A stretch of DNA of 64,000 nucleotides from Octopus vulgaris (taxonomy: Eukaryota), in the NCBI GenBank assembly GCA_951406725.2, contig OX597825.1, forward strand, positions 87,792,001-87,856,000, given 5' to 3'. Of the stretch, positions 43,546-57,237 are shown one piece after another. A program made the translations under genes and the position numbers. Each line of letters starts with the position of its first letter. Position 1 is the first letter of the stretch. The notes beneath the pieces were generated by a model. That model made no database searches. It saw nothing but the letters and a program-made list of their open reading frames with translations, and was not told the origin of the DNA.

Positions 43546-44734
43546 TTCTTTTTGTTTCTTTTAACTTTTTCATATATATATATATATATATATACACGCG
43601 GTCATATGTGTTGAAACATTAAACCATGCTGATATCAAAGTTAGGAGACTTGATGTAGGATGTTTGATAACGAATGGTATACATAATTTATGAAATATCA
43701 ATCATTGACCTGCACTAACACTGCATTAAAGCGAAGAATCTTCTTTAATTTTACACACACGCACACACACTCGCACGTGCACACACACACACACATGCGC
43801 TTAATCCCAGATCACACCCAACATTTGATCAAGAAAAACATTTTCAATATTCTTTTTTGTTTTAAATGAAAAATGCATTATTTGTGATTGAGTTTATCTT
43901 AGATTCTAAAGTTGCATGGGTTATTCTTTGGAGTATGAAGACATCAACGCTATGCTGTCCAAGTACATTTTACAGCTTAATATCTTTTGGTCAGTGGAAC
44001 CTGTTTTGATGTGAATAATTTACTGTTTAGTTACTTCACTTCCTTTCATTCTAAGATATCATAAATGTAAACTGATTTATATGAGACAGAAAACTTTCCC
44101 GACCGTCAGACTCCAAGTTGAACATAAAAAATGTTGCATAAATATTTTAAACTCTCTCGCAGCTTGTCGTCATACATAAATGTACTTTAACAAATATCCA
44201 TTACATTATTATACTTCTCCTTCTTCACCCCTCCTCCTTCTTTTCTGCTTTTCCTTCTTCTTTTTTCCATTTCTTTTCTCTCCTACTCCTCATGATTAGA
44301 ATCTTCCCCATTTTCACCACCTCTACCCTTCCCATCATCATAACTTCATCATCAGTAAATTATCTGCTTCCTGGCGTATTGAAAGAAACTAAATTATTTA
44401 CCTCGTGACTAATTCCTTCTAAGTTTTCTCTCGGTTTATGTATCAATATCCGCTTGAGAATTGCAGATATTATTTTTAGGAATTTACGGAAGAATCGAAC
44501 ACAATGTCGATTCAGTCTGTTGCCCTCAAATACATGAAAAACGAAATAGTAAGATATTTTTGAGAACTTGGCAACTATTTAATTGAAATAATGGTTAAAA
44601 TATTTGCTTTATCACAATTTCTATACCTTCAGAAATTTACAGCAGAATGACAACGTCCTTACAATGATTCCAGAGTCATGGATAATACACACGCGTGCGC
44701 GTGCGCGCACACACATGCACCTCCAACACATACG

Positions 44735-44784
<50 letters not shown>

Positions 44785-44809
44785 CGGATATTTCTAAGAG
44801 CTTTGAGAA

Positions 44810-44980
44810 TTGTTAGCACGCCGGATAAATTACTTAGCAGCGTTTCGTTCAGACTTAAGAAATGAGTTCAAATCCAACCGAAGTCGACTTCACTCTACAT
44901 CCTTTCGAGGTCGATAAAATGAATAGTATTTGAATAATCGACTTACCCCCTCCCTTAAACTTGCTGGCCTTGTATTTCAA
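44810..44980 (+). mobile_element. SINE, family of 63580-63810, diverged
   Basis: GTTAGCACGCCGG...GAGTTCAAATCC...GTCGACTT...CATCCTTTCGAGGTCGATAAAAT. Confidence 0.75.
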
Positions 44981-45099
44981 AGAGAAGCAATAAGTCCCGG
45001 AATTGGGGCAAAACTAAACCAGATTGTTTGTATTCTAGTGAATGAGTGACACTTAATATAAAGTAATTGTACATACGAAGTACATTCCAGAACATTAGT

Positions 45100-45900
45100 G
45101 AGTTTTGTGGAGACACAGTTATAAGTATCCCTGATTACATTAATACTTTAGTGTATCATTACTATATACATCTAATAATCTGATGTGCCAACTTTTGTTG
45201 ACCCAGATTCAATGAAATGGCTGTAACAGCAATTGAAACATATTCCCCTAAACACTGCCAGTCACGTCTAGATTGCGAGATGCAGCCTCGACGTGTTATG
45301 TGATACAGTTAATCTCTATTAAACTGGCAAAAACGCTACAGAAACTTACTTAGCTTGCTTATGGATTATCATGTATGAGTTGAGCATCATTTTTTCCCAC
45401 TGGTACAAGAGTCCACGCAAAGCAAGTTCACCCTGAAGCTCATGATGAGCCCCCTTTTCTGCAGCAAGGACGCTATTTACATCCACTGGGTTCCCTCTGG
45501 TCAGATGACCAACAAAGCGTATTTTGGGGAAAGCGTATTGAAGGTGTACAGAAAGAACCTTCGTCGCAAAAAAGCTACACCGGGTCAATACACCAGTTCA
45601 GAATTCCATTGGAAACACTAATTATTTGACACAGATGGCCATCAAAGCTGTCCTTAACCATTCTTACAGTCCTTACTCCATGTTACCTTCTGTTGTTCCC
45701 CAAACGAGTAACTATAGGAGGCTATGACAAAATTTCTGAACACCTTCAATTCTGAGAACTTCCATGGGACTTTAAAATGGTTGGATTTGCATTGAAGTGA
45801 ACGTAATCTACATTGAAGAACTTCTGCATTCCTTTGAAATTAATAAACGTTTCTATTTTGTGCTGAAGATATCACAAAACCGTGCGGAATGCAACTTGTA
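45100..45900 (+). mobile_element. Decayed mariner-family transposon
   Basis: Translates YIHWVPSGQMTNKAYF, KAVLNHSYSP (HPPYSPDL-like), LLFPK and ICIEVNVIYIEE. Boundaries are approximate. Confidence 0.6.
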
Positions 45901-47002
45901 TTTTATTAATCGCACCAGTCCTGCACGTTCGAAGGGCAGTGGCAATGCGAATACAATTTGGTTGCAAGTCGGAAAGAAATTTCCTCTAATACCTTGTGGT
46001 CTCGCTCTCTAACACTTCGGACTTACCACCACATTGGTTATTGGTGAATATTGGTCTTTAACATGTGTAATAATAACAATAAACATATTTTAGTATTGCA
46101 ATTTCGGCGTACAGAGCCAGTTGATTTTCGAATCAAATATTGTGAATTGAGTCTATTTACGTATAGTACAGGTTTCTAATTAGTATTGACAAGTAATAAA
46201 CGATGAGCTTCAAATGTTTCCGTAAACATGTTACGCTGGTTATGATGAATCAATAGCACCTTATTCAACCAAATCAGTTTAACCAAATACCCGGCACTTC
46301 CACTGCATAAATTGCATAGTTGTACATCTGTAATAGCAGCACCAGACGGCATTAGAAGCATGCATGTTCTTACTCTAACCTGTCTCAACGAACGGATTCA
46401 ATTGAGAGGTAAATCGAAACATGTAACTTTATTTACCGTCAATGTTTGTAGTTTGTTGTAAATGATATGAACGAATATCTTAATGTATGTTCAATGGCGG
46501 CTGCATTTGTTTTATTGTAGTCGTTAGTAACACTTCAGTTACTAACTTTAAAATTTCTGCCATAATAATCTTCGATACTAGAAATTAATGCACTCTTAAC
46601 ATTCATCGCATTGCATATTAAACTGGGGCGGTATCGATATCTAGTTTACAACGATTTAAGCTGAGAAAGATAAATGTGTTCTCGGCAAACAAAGGCAATT
46701 TGCTTCCTTGCTCGAAAGTTGACACAGATGAAGACATAAATTTACATTCCTGCTGTCATTACAACAGGATCGTGTTACAAATCGATGGATTGGCAATTAA
46801 TATACTGAACACAGCGTCAGGTCTGCTGTAATATAAGGACACCGAGAGTGTTTGCATCCAATTTCCTTGAAACTTCTGGGAAACCATTTTATAGATGTGA
46901 TTCTCTCTGTCTCTGCTCTCTATTGTTCCTTTTCTCTCGCTCTCTATATGTATGCGTGCACACACAGACACACACACACACGCACACACGCACACACACA
47001 CA

Positions 47003-47063
<61 letters not shown>

Positions 47064-47554
47064 ATATTCTTCTGCTGATGATACACCACATTCAACGCCA
47101 GAACCATTTTTACTACGTCTAACTTTTTTCTCGTTCAGTTATATTGAAATACGTTCTCACCATTTTTCTCCTTTACACCATTGATTATATTCCTCCTAGA
47201 ATCCCATGTTCTTCTCCATTATTCCTTACCAACTACCAAAGTAATTCTTGCTTTTCAAAAAATCTATAATCCCATTACTCTATTCCGATAGACAGGAATT
47301 CACCCAACATATACATTCTTTCTTTCAATGTCTTCAACTTTTCGTAACAATATTCGCGATATTTATGTATCGACCAGAAAATTCTCCCTCCTTCCCCGTA
47401 TTCTGGTTCCATGATGCTGGGTCTCCGTGTTTTTCCCTCTAAAATAAATATTTTCTCCACCATATTCTGATACACATTCAGCTAAGGCTGAGTCTAGGTA
47501 AAATAGGTATCGAGCAAATTTTAATATCTCTACGGTATTATTCCTATGTAGTTG

Positions 47555-47695
47555 TAATAATAAAAATAAAAATAATAATGATAATAATAATAATGATAAC
47601 AGTAATGATAAAAATAATGATAACAATAATGATAATAACAATAATGATGATGATGAGGATGATAATAATAATAATAATAATAATGATAATAATAA
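47555..47695. repeat. Degenerate (TAA/TGA)n microsatellite
   Basis: Directly visible. Confidence 0.9.
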
Positions 47696-47714
47696 ATCAC
47701 CTGCCTCATATAGA

Positions 47715-47910
47715 TGAGTATTGCCAGCGAGCAGGAAAGTACAAGCTAGAAATGTGGGGAATGAAAACACGTAACTGTCACGTCAGTAGTTGTTGCAGCG
47801 GCCCGGGGAGCATTAACAACCCGGCTTGAGAAATTTGGTATTGGAGTGAGAGTAGTGCTTGCTCAGAAAACGTTTTTGCTGGGGACGGCAGGGTTTTGAG
47901 TCTGGTAACT
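47715..47910 (+). mobile_element. 3'-terminal fragment of an R4/Dong-type RLE retroelement
   Basis: KY...MWGMKT...LEKFGIGVRVVLAQKTFLLGTA resembles the LQK..LLGTA C-terminus of RLE elements. Confidence 0.6.
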
Positions 47911-47919
47911 GGATGTTAA

Positions 47920-49340
47920 GTATCGTAGAAGGAGACCCAGAGACATCCTTGACAACAGGCTGATATCTAATATGAGATACCATAAGAAATGGTTAGCAAT
48001 TGCTATTACTGACTCCTCCAAAATAATGAAACCAGTTTCAAAGATAAACAGTCGGCCCATAAACTATTTATCCATCATTTATGAAATGTTAACATCTCTC
48101 CTTATGGAGAAAACATTTGCATTTATGGAAGAGAACGATACGTTCTCCACCGAAGGAAAAGGTGTCGTTGAAGCTCATGTGGCTGCAAAAATCAACTCCT
48201 AATTAATCATATGATCCTTGAGAACTGTCATAAGAAAGCTCAGAAATCTCAGTTCCGCATGGATTGATTACAAAAATGGATTTCGGCAACTTAGCGCATT
48301 TATGGATCTTAAAATCGCCGGACATCTTCAAAATTTCTCCTGTAGTTTCAGAGTACCGGAAGTATATGTCGTTGTGGAATTCGAATGTCCAATTATATCA
48401 CTCCAATAAAGTATTAGCTTCAAACAGCACTAACATCAACTGTGGCATTTTCCAAGGTGATTCAACTGCACCGCTAATTTTTTGCATAGCGCTAATAATA
48501 CCCCAGAGAAGTGAACTTAATAGAACACTTTATGGGTATAAAATTGACAAAAAGATAATAGACTATCCTTTTTATTTGAAAGACTTAAAACTATAAGACA
48601 AAAACAATTGTGATGTTGAAAGCCTATTACGTACGGTAAAATCATTCACTGATGAGATTATGATCTTAACAAGTGTGCAAAGTCACACTTATCCAGAAGG
48701 GAAAATTGAAGACCACAAATTCAGTCGTGTGAGATGTTGACAAAGTTATAAAAGAAGTTGAGCAGGAACAAACGTACAAATACCCAGGTATAAATGAAGG
48801 CTCTGGCATTCAGCATGCAAACACGAAAGATAAGATGAGGCAGGAATGGTATAGGAGAGTTCGAGCAGTCCTGAAATCTAAGCTAAATGCACATAACAAG
48901 GTGTAAGCCAAAAATTAGCAGTTCTAGTTGTTACTTATACCAACAATATGTTGAACTGAAGTATCATTCAAGCAAGAACATTGACCGGAAAACATGCAAG
49001 CCACTGAGTTATAATAAGATGCACCACCCGGAGGCAGAGACGGATTATCTTTTCATTCCCAGATTATCTTTTCATTCTTTTCATTCCAAGGAGGTCTGGG
49101 TTCATCCAAAAAACGCCAGTAAAATGTAAACATAAGAAATCTGACGTAGTGATTTGCAACAGAGAAGAGAACTGGTGTATAGTATTAGAAATCAACTGCT
49201 CAGCGGATGTTAACCTAAAGCTATGGAAAATCTACCTACGCTGAACTATTGAGAAATGTACAGTTCGATATGGAACTATGTACTCGGAAATATAGACGTG
49301 AAAGAAAACATACACTGACTCAAAATGCTGCATAAGTACG
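47920..49340 (+). mobile_element. Decayed R4/Dong-clade non-LTR retrotransposon (RT + RLE)
   Basis: Translates NSRPINYLSIIYEMLTS, GCKNQLLIN, AWIDYK, GIFQGDS.APLIFCIAL, FYLKDLKL (YMDDLKL-like), YKYPG, KMHHP and RLE-like DVVICNRE...IVLEINCSAD. Confidence 0.85.
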
Positions 49341-49481
49341 AGAGAACCGTTTGATGTTGTTGAAATTACAATGAAAGAGAATTGGATGTAGGCTAGAAAC
49401 CGGCTCTTTCTCTATTTGTGAGAAATCTCGAAATAAAACTGAATAATGACATACATATAAACATGTGTGTGTGTGTATATA

Positions 49482-49541
<60 letters not shown>

Positions 49542-50110
49542 CAAAGATGGAAATGGAGAAGATAATTAATTAACAAAGATCAGCCTGCAAACATCAGTTG
49601 GATCTATTTATTAATTACAATCATATGTACAAATAAATAAATAAAAACGTAAGTAAATAAATAAATGAATCGGGATGAATGAATAATACTATACTCTTAC
49701 AGCTGTTTCTACTTTGATAATACTGCATCAAATATTTACTGCAGTATAATTAAATTTATAAATTTATAAATTTAAGTACTCGTTTCTAGTAAGTCTTATC
49801 GCTCTTTTGGCGGGGAAATTTGAATCATAACTACGAATACAATCGATTAAACCGCACGTGGATTTGACGCTCGCTGTGACTTATTAAATTGTATTTAAGA
49901 CAAACCTCTGCTGAAGATTTATGGATGTTGTGTAAGTAAAATTGCATATTACATTAATAATGAAACAATTGTTCAGGGTTAATCTATTTTTTCGGTGTGT
50001 TTCACTTACCTTACGTTAAATGTAGTGGTATTTCTTCTTGGAAACAACTTTTAGTGGCTATACCATTAGCGGAGCAATTTTTAGCACTAGAGTGAACCAC
50101 ATAGTGGTCA

Positions 50111-50184
<74 letters not shown>

Positions 50185-50487
50185 CAATTCGTCTCCACTC
50201 GAAAGACGCCTGTTGTGATGTCCTGTTATTATTATTATTGTTTTTTTTGTATTATATTTGTATTTATATTCGTGTAACATCGTCCGTTTTTCCATCCATG
50301 TTTTGTATACATTCGAAGCTCTTAGCTTAGTTTTTTCCTTGGGGCTGGCCAGATTGGAGCAATCTCAAGATTGATCACCCGAAATTGCGAGGATGATCCG
50401 GTTCTTGACTGAAGATTAAAAGCTTCGGATGACCCATCCGTGTTTTTGTATCGTCTTCTGGGTGTTTTGCGTTCTTGACCCATTTTG

Positions 50488-50550
<63 letters not shown>

Positions 50551-50975
50551 GGTTATCAAATTGTGTTGCACTTATTCCTTATGTGAAATCATGTGTTGAA
50601 AGCGATATTGTTGTATTTCGGATCGGATTGGTCATTTAATTTTTGGGGCCAAAATAAACACACTCACTATATATTTTTCCTTCACTCTTTTATTAGTGTT
50701 TTTATTTTATTATTTTAACTCATGTCCATTGTCCGGATATCTTTCATCACACATCTGTGACCTCTTCAGTGATATCCTTCGTTTTCGTGTTTATTCTTGC
50801 TCCACTTACTCCATTCTGTTCTTCTAAGCTGTGTATCCTTACGTGAACATAGGTTCGTGTCCTTGTTTGTCTTTGTGCATGTGTGTATGTGTATGTGTGA
50901 GTGAACGCTTGTGTGTGCAGCACTGTGGCCTTCCTTCAGCAGCCCCATTCTCTCATCTCATTGTAGTGCTGATGT

Positions 50976-51172
50976 CCCAAGACCCGAAAATATAGTACGG
51001 TTTCTGTATTCAGCTGTGTATGTCTGTTCGCCCACGGTGTTGCCATCGTGGTGGTAGTTGTTGTTGTTATTGCCATTGCTGCCACCGCTGCTGCTGCTGC
51101 CATGGCAACACCGTGGGCGAACACACATATTCAGATGAATAAAAGAGCTCTACCATATTTTCGAGTCTTAGG
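50976..51172. mobile_element. MITE-like hairpin element
   Basis: ~70-bp imperfect arms with a perfect 22-bp core TGTTCGCCCACGGTGTTGCCAT (51025-51046 / 51102-51123) around a GTT/GCT triplet loop. Confidence 0.7.
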
Positions 51173-51251
51173 TGTGAAGAGAAATTATAACGTGCGTGTG
51201 TTCATTTGGCAAAAAGAAAAGAATGACGATCCCGAAATACAATATATATGT

Positions 51252-51329
<78 letters not shown>

Positions 51330-52005
51330 ATGTGTGTGTGCTGGATACATGTATATTTACATATACGTTACAAACGGCGTTTCGGAATTGGTAGGCCATT
51401 TTAGAATTCATGTTTCGTTTGCAGAATTCAGTATTCGGTCCGGAATTAGTCACATGAATGCTGTTCGAGGTTGTCATGTATTACCTGCTTTGTACTTGCT
51501 ACGAATGCAATTTGACATATTTTTCATATTTGGGAAGGTAAAATGCTCGTTCATTTCGATTACGGATGGCTCCAATACTTATTGGCAATTACTTCAGGGA
51601 AAATGTATACCTTCATAAATTTTGCGCATTGTTCTACAACTTCTTTGCAATGCTATTAATACCATGGATAAAGTATAAGCTCTTCTTCGATATGAATAAA
51701 AATGAGCTGGAAAAAAGGAATCGATAAGTTTAATTGATGCGAGGAGTGTACGTGGTAGCGCTTCGCTTCTGCTTTATGTGAAAGCAATAAAAGCGTTTGA
51801 AGGTGTTTTATTGCTTGGGTTGGAACAAACTGGTTGTTAAAGAGTGATGAAGTGGTGAAACAGATAATGGCGGGAGATGTGAAAAAAACAGAGCAATTGT
51901 GTGAACGGAGGAACGCGGAGGAGTTCAGGGGTAAACGTGCCGAAGGAAAAGCAACAGCTATTGACATGGACTGGGGTTCCTTTAGGTACGTATGTATGTA
52001 TGCAT

Positions 52006-52037
<32 letters not shown>

Positions 52038-52038
<1 letters not shown>

Positions 52039-52235
52039 CACCAGAGTAAGCACATAGAGGCGAAAATGTTGTTAAAAATAGTACTCGAATACTAGAGGTA
52101 GTGTAATATGCTTTTAATAAAAAGTAGCTAAAATATCAAAAAAACTGTTACTCAGTTTCACGTTCCCATCCGTCGGACGGACCGTGACACTCTGAGTAAC
52201 AGGTTTTGCGATCTTTTTACTGCTTTTTAATAAAA
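52038..52235. repeat. Foldback repeat with decayed minimal hammerhead at its centre
   Basis: Minus strand reads GT-CCGACGG-ATGGGAACGT-GAAAC-TGA-GTA-ACAGTT. The right arm CGTGACACTCTGAGTAACAGG...TTTTACTGCTTTTTAATAAAA mirrors the left. Confidence 0.55.
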
Positions 52236-52249
52236 GTGTGTGTGTGTGT

Positions 52250-52545
52250 ATATATCACCGTGATCACCATGACCGACCAGGCTATCAGATGTTGCTACAC
52301 CTCGCATTGTTTTAGCCTTCAAATGACGCCACCCCGCCGGCTAAGCGAGCAGGCGAACAGAAGAAAGAGTGAGAGAAAGTTGAGACGAAAGAGTACAGCA
52401 GGGATCACCACCAGCCCCTGCCGGAGCCTCGTGGAGCTTTATGTGATTTCGGTCACTAAACACTCACAACGCCCGGTCTGGGAATCGAAACCGCGTTCCT
52501 ACGACCGCGAATCCGCTGCCCTAATTCCTGGGCCATTGCATCTCC
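52250..52545 (-). mobile_element. tRNA-derived SINE (distinct family)
   Basis: Head TGGAGATGCAATGGCCCAGGAATTAGGGCAGCGG...GGTTTCGATTCCC (B box), with a GTGATCACGGTGATA tail running into (TA)/(CA). Confidence 0.8.
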
Positions 52546-52879
52546 ACACACACACACACACACAAATACAAACACACACATACACACACACACATACACA
52601 CACACACACATATATATATAGGCATACATATTTACCTAAACTATTTTATTTATATTTCTTTTTAACTAACCTGTCTTAATTAGTAATATATATATATATA
52701 TACAATTATTTAATCTCATAATCTTATTTTATTACTTTTTTATGTATATGTATCCCTAAACCCTGCAGATAACGTTTCCAGATATACCACTTACTAAGGT
52801 ATCTCCTACAGTCCACTGTCTCCCCTCATTTCATTTACTTATCATTTGGACAGCTAACACATCTAACTCCCTTTCCAAT

Positions 52880-53012
52880 TCTTCTTCTTCTTCTTCTTCT
52901 TCTCCTTCTTCTTCTCCTTCTTTTTCTTTTTTCTTCTTCTTCTTCTTCTCCTTCTTCTTCTTCTTCTTCTTCTTCTTCTTCTTCTTCTTCTTCTTCTTCT
53001 TCTTCTTCTTCT
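52880..53012. repeat. (TTC)n microsatellite
   Basis: Directly visible. Confidence 0.95.
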
Positions 53013-55349
53013 AGGTACAATAACCTATTTAGATCTTTGTCCCCCCCCCTCTTTCTACAACCTCAAGGACTGCTGATATTTATCTTCCGACCGTTTTATA
53101 GCGTCCTATTTTTATAATTACACTATTTACACCATTTCCTGTATTTGCAACTTTACCATTAACTTTATATACGTGTTTTCGCTTCCATCCCCAGTAAATT
53201 TTATCCCTGTATTAGCTTCTACTTTCTCATGAAATAAAGGAAACAACTTCCATTTAAAACTCGATCTCTCTTTATCAATTTATACAGCTATGTATCTGTA
53301 TCTATTTTTATATCATCCACTTTGCTTTTATTTATTCTCCTCTGTCACACCACATTTTCTTCACTCTAGATTTTCATCACACATTCAATACACATTGACT
53401 GTTTCAGTCATGAAAAATTTCGTTTTCAAATAGTCCAACTTATATTTAACTATATATTTTACAAGCGGCCTCAATTCTTCATGTCTTTCAAAAGTACTTC
53501 TGAGCATATTGTCATCTCTCTGTTATCCACATGTATTCATACTTCCATACACACAATGATCCTGTATGGACACTTTCCGATCTGCTACTTCCAATGTATT
53601 TGGTCCAATGAAGAGAAAGTTAAGGAAAAATAGAAAAAAAAAACGAACTCTGTGTCGTATGGGATCAAACACTCAATGAGGGGACAACTAAAGAAAATTC
53701 TGATTCTCTTAGCGAAGCCTGGGACAGATAAATTTTCATATGTTACCGCGGTTATTTATATTGTCCGAACAGAAAGAATTGATGGGTAGGAACAGGACGA
53801 CGAGAATGACAGATAACATAGTTATAAATTAGTTTTAGAATAAAAATTAACCTAACGAACTAAGCCTTTATCGGCTTGCTGAGATGCTAGAAATAGCAGC
53901 CAAATTCTTCTCGTGTTTCACTGTATCGTTTTGAAAACGAAGGAACTCATTCCCTGTTGTAGCTCTAAAATGGATAATTGAAGTTCAATGATAGTCATGA
54001 CCAGAAAACATATTAGTATGGCTCTGGTAATCAAGATATATACATGGGTGTTAAAGAATTGCTTCTGACTGCCCGTTGTTAAAGAACTGCTATGAAGACA
54101 AAGTTATTTCTAACCCCTTTTTTTCTTCCGGCTCTAAATCTGAGTGAATTGTTCTGTCTTTCATTGCAGGTCTTCTTTTATATTAGTTTATTTCTGTAAG
54201 TTTATTGGTTTCAAAGAACTTTTCACCCTTGTTTTGGAAATCATTGATATTAAGTGGATTAAGGTTTTCCTGATTGCAAGATTTAGTATTTGTAGTGCGA
54301 GATACAATAACAGTCTTTAGACTAAAATAGTCATATCACTGAAATGCTTTATTGGGTACTACATACACGGGGGTCCGGAACTAAGGTACTGTAACATGTA
54401 TTTATATAAAGGTAAATTTACACGCATCCGTTAATATTTGCATTATATCAAAGTGATTATAAGATTTGCCAGGGCTTTTAACCACAGAGAATATCATTTT
54501 TACAAAATGCCTTATATTTTTGTTTTAGCCCTCGTCTTCATATTTTAGTTATCTGCATTTGGGTCGGGGATCTGAACTGTCAACAATCTAAGTGAAGGAT
54601 GAAATATTTGATTTACTCTGAAAAATATACAACAACGCACTTTCTCCTTTCTGCTAAGCAAAATATTCTGAAACAGCGATTGAAACAGTTTCTGTTTTGG
54701 AATCAATATGCATGTTATGACATTTTCATCTTTTATTTCTCGTTCTCTTCTTCTCAATGCTTTCTTTCGATCTGTTTCGTAAATATTTGTTCTTTTCTCA
54801 TCGAATTCATCGATGAATAACTTTTTTTTAAGTGTTCCACTCGCTTGAATTAACATTCCACATTTATATATACAGTTACTCAAGAGATGACAGCCTCGAA
54901 CAAAATTTAGCGATTATTTAAAGTGTGCGATCGATAACGTATATCTATATCACCATGGCTTTATCACGCCCCACCTCTCTCTCTCTCTCTCTCTCTCATA
55001 CACTTTCCATCTCTCCCAACGTTTCCCTCTCTCTAACTCTCTCCCCACTCTGTCTACACAGACACACGCACACTTATACGTATTAAACTATGTATAGATG
55101 CAGGTGTATCTGTGAGTATGTTTGCGCATCATTCAGTTGCGATATTCAAAAGCTCCTACACGTACAGGTTCCATGCAGTTAGCTTTACTCATACACACCA
55201 CTATGGATTCACACACTATGGATTCACACACTTACATATGTACACACACATGGGTAACACTTAACATAAAGAATATATTGTGTTGAACATTTCTAGTCTA
55301 CTTCGTTTGCAGAACGCCCCACAGAAGTATTTTAATATTAGTTTCAAAC

Positions 55350-55895
55350 TTTTCGTGTCTTTACGCTCTGGGTTCAAATTCTGCCGAGGTCGACTTTGTC
55401 TTTAATCCTTTCGGGGTCGATAAATGAAGAACCAGTTGCGTACTGGGGTCGATCTAATCGACTGACCCTCTGCCTCAAAATTGCGGTCCTTGTGCCTAGA
55501 GTAGAAAAGAATATTATTTTCAAATTTTTCGTCTGTCTTTACGTACTGAGTTCAAATTCTACCGAAGTCGACTTTGTCTTTCATTCTTTCGGGGTCGATA
55601 AATGAAGTACCAGTTGCACACTGGGGTCGATCTAATCGACTGACCCCACCTCCCCCAAAATTTCGGGCCTTGTAACTAAGTAGAAGAGTATTACTTTAAA
55701 ATTCTGGCACAGGGACAGTAATTTCGGGGCATATGATAAGTCGATTACATGAACCCTGTGTACAGCTGGTACTTATTATATCGACCCCGAAAGGATGGAT
55801 GTTAAAGTCGACATTGGACAAACTTGAACACAAAGATAAACAAAATGCCGTTAAGCTATTAATCCGGCGTGCTAACGACACCGCCAGCTCGCCGC
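55350..55895. mobile_element. SINE cluster: two tandem plus-strand copies (55350-55510, 55525-55690) and one minus-strand copy (55700-55895)
   Basis: Repeated GTTCAAATTCT.CCGA.GTCGACTTTGTCTTT.AT.CTTTCGGGGTCGATAAATGAA and its reverse complement. Confidence 0.85.
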
Positions 55896-56264
55896 TTTGC
55901 AGATATTTTCATAGTAAGACTTCTAACCAGCTCTACTTAGTAATCTCCACACCACTCACGAATATTATTTGCAAATTTTTACAATACTCTTTGGCAAGGT
56001 GTTCATTAGGAGAAGAGAGAGAGAGAAATATGACAGCTGGCTCTCACCATTGGCATTTAGCATCATATCTGCGTTGCCTCCCATTCCTCTAGAGTTAATT
56101 AACCAAAAGAGTAGTCAACTACTCGAACATCTACTAATCCATTGTCACGCCTACTAATCCGCTATCACATCTACTGATCCACTTTCTGAAGGGAAGCTTT
56201 ACCTTTCATCCCCATATTGTCGATAAAATGTAACACCCTCAACATTGTGCCTAAATCAAAAGCC

Positions 56265-56474
56265 GTTCTTCTTCTTCTTCTTCTTCTTCTTCTTCTTCTT
56301 CTTCTTCTTCTTCTTCTTCTTCTTCTTCTTCTTCTTCTTCTTGATTTCTTCTTCTTCTTCTTCTTCTTCTTCTTCTTCTCTTCTTCTTCTTCTTGATTTC
56401 TTCTTATTCTTCTTGATTTCTTCTTCTTCTTCTTCTTCTTCTTCTTCTTCTTTTCCTTCTTCTTCTTCTTCTTC

Positions 56475-56505
<31 letters not shown>

Positions 56506-56592
56506 CTCCTTCTTCTTCTTCTTCTTCTAATTATTCTTCTTCTTCTTCTTCTTCTTCACTTCTTCTTCTTCTTCTTCTTCACTTCTTCTTCT
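56265..56592. repeat. (TTC)n microsatellite, ~330 bp
   Basis: Directly visible. Confidence 0.95.
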
Positions 56593-57202
56593 CCGCTTCC
56601 CACACTTCCTCCCCTTCCCTCCTCATCCTACATCTTTTACCCCTCCGACCCCCTCCTGTTTATACTCAATCGACTTTCCTCCATATTTTCCTTGTATTCC
56701 CCTCCATATTACATCTGCATTGCTTTAACAACTGACTTGACGGCCATTCCGGTATCCATTCCACGAAACATCATTTATATTCTTTAACTTTTCCACCCAC
56801 GAATAAATGACTTCTTAGTCTAACCAACGTAACAACTACATAATTATTCATATGGTAAATAACATCTTTCGGTTCTGTTCTAATAGCTTCGCTAATTATA
56901 TTTGAGATCTCGTAAGTGAAATGGAAAAGTTCTATCATTTTTATTATACAATTGAAAATTCACTAAAAATTCTTCTTTAATATATTTTCCCATTCGTAAA
57001 TTATAGTTTCATTTCATTCCATTCCTATGCTCAAGTATGTGAATGGTAAACAGCACGTAAATTAACCTTCATCTTTTTAATATATATTACGTATTTCAAT
57101 TACGGTTCATATATTTTAATAACGGTTTAGATGTTATTCAACAGATAATCATTACAAATTTTATTATGCCCACATACAAGCAGACACACACAAACACACA
57201 CA

Positions 57203-57237
<35 letters not shown>

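Noticed and set aside
56171-56787. Poly-K/R/F/S/L ORFs, also 52835-53020 and 47363-47829
   Set aside because: Triplet microsatellite translations.
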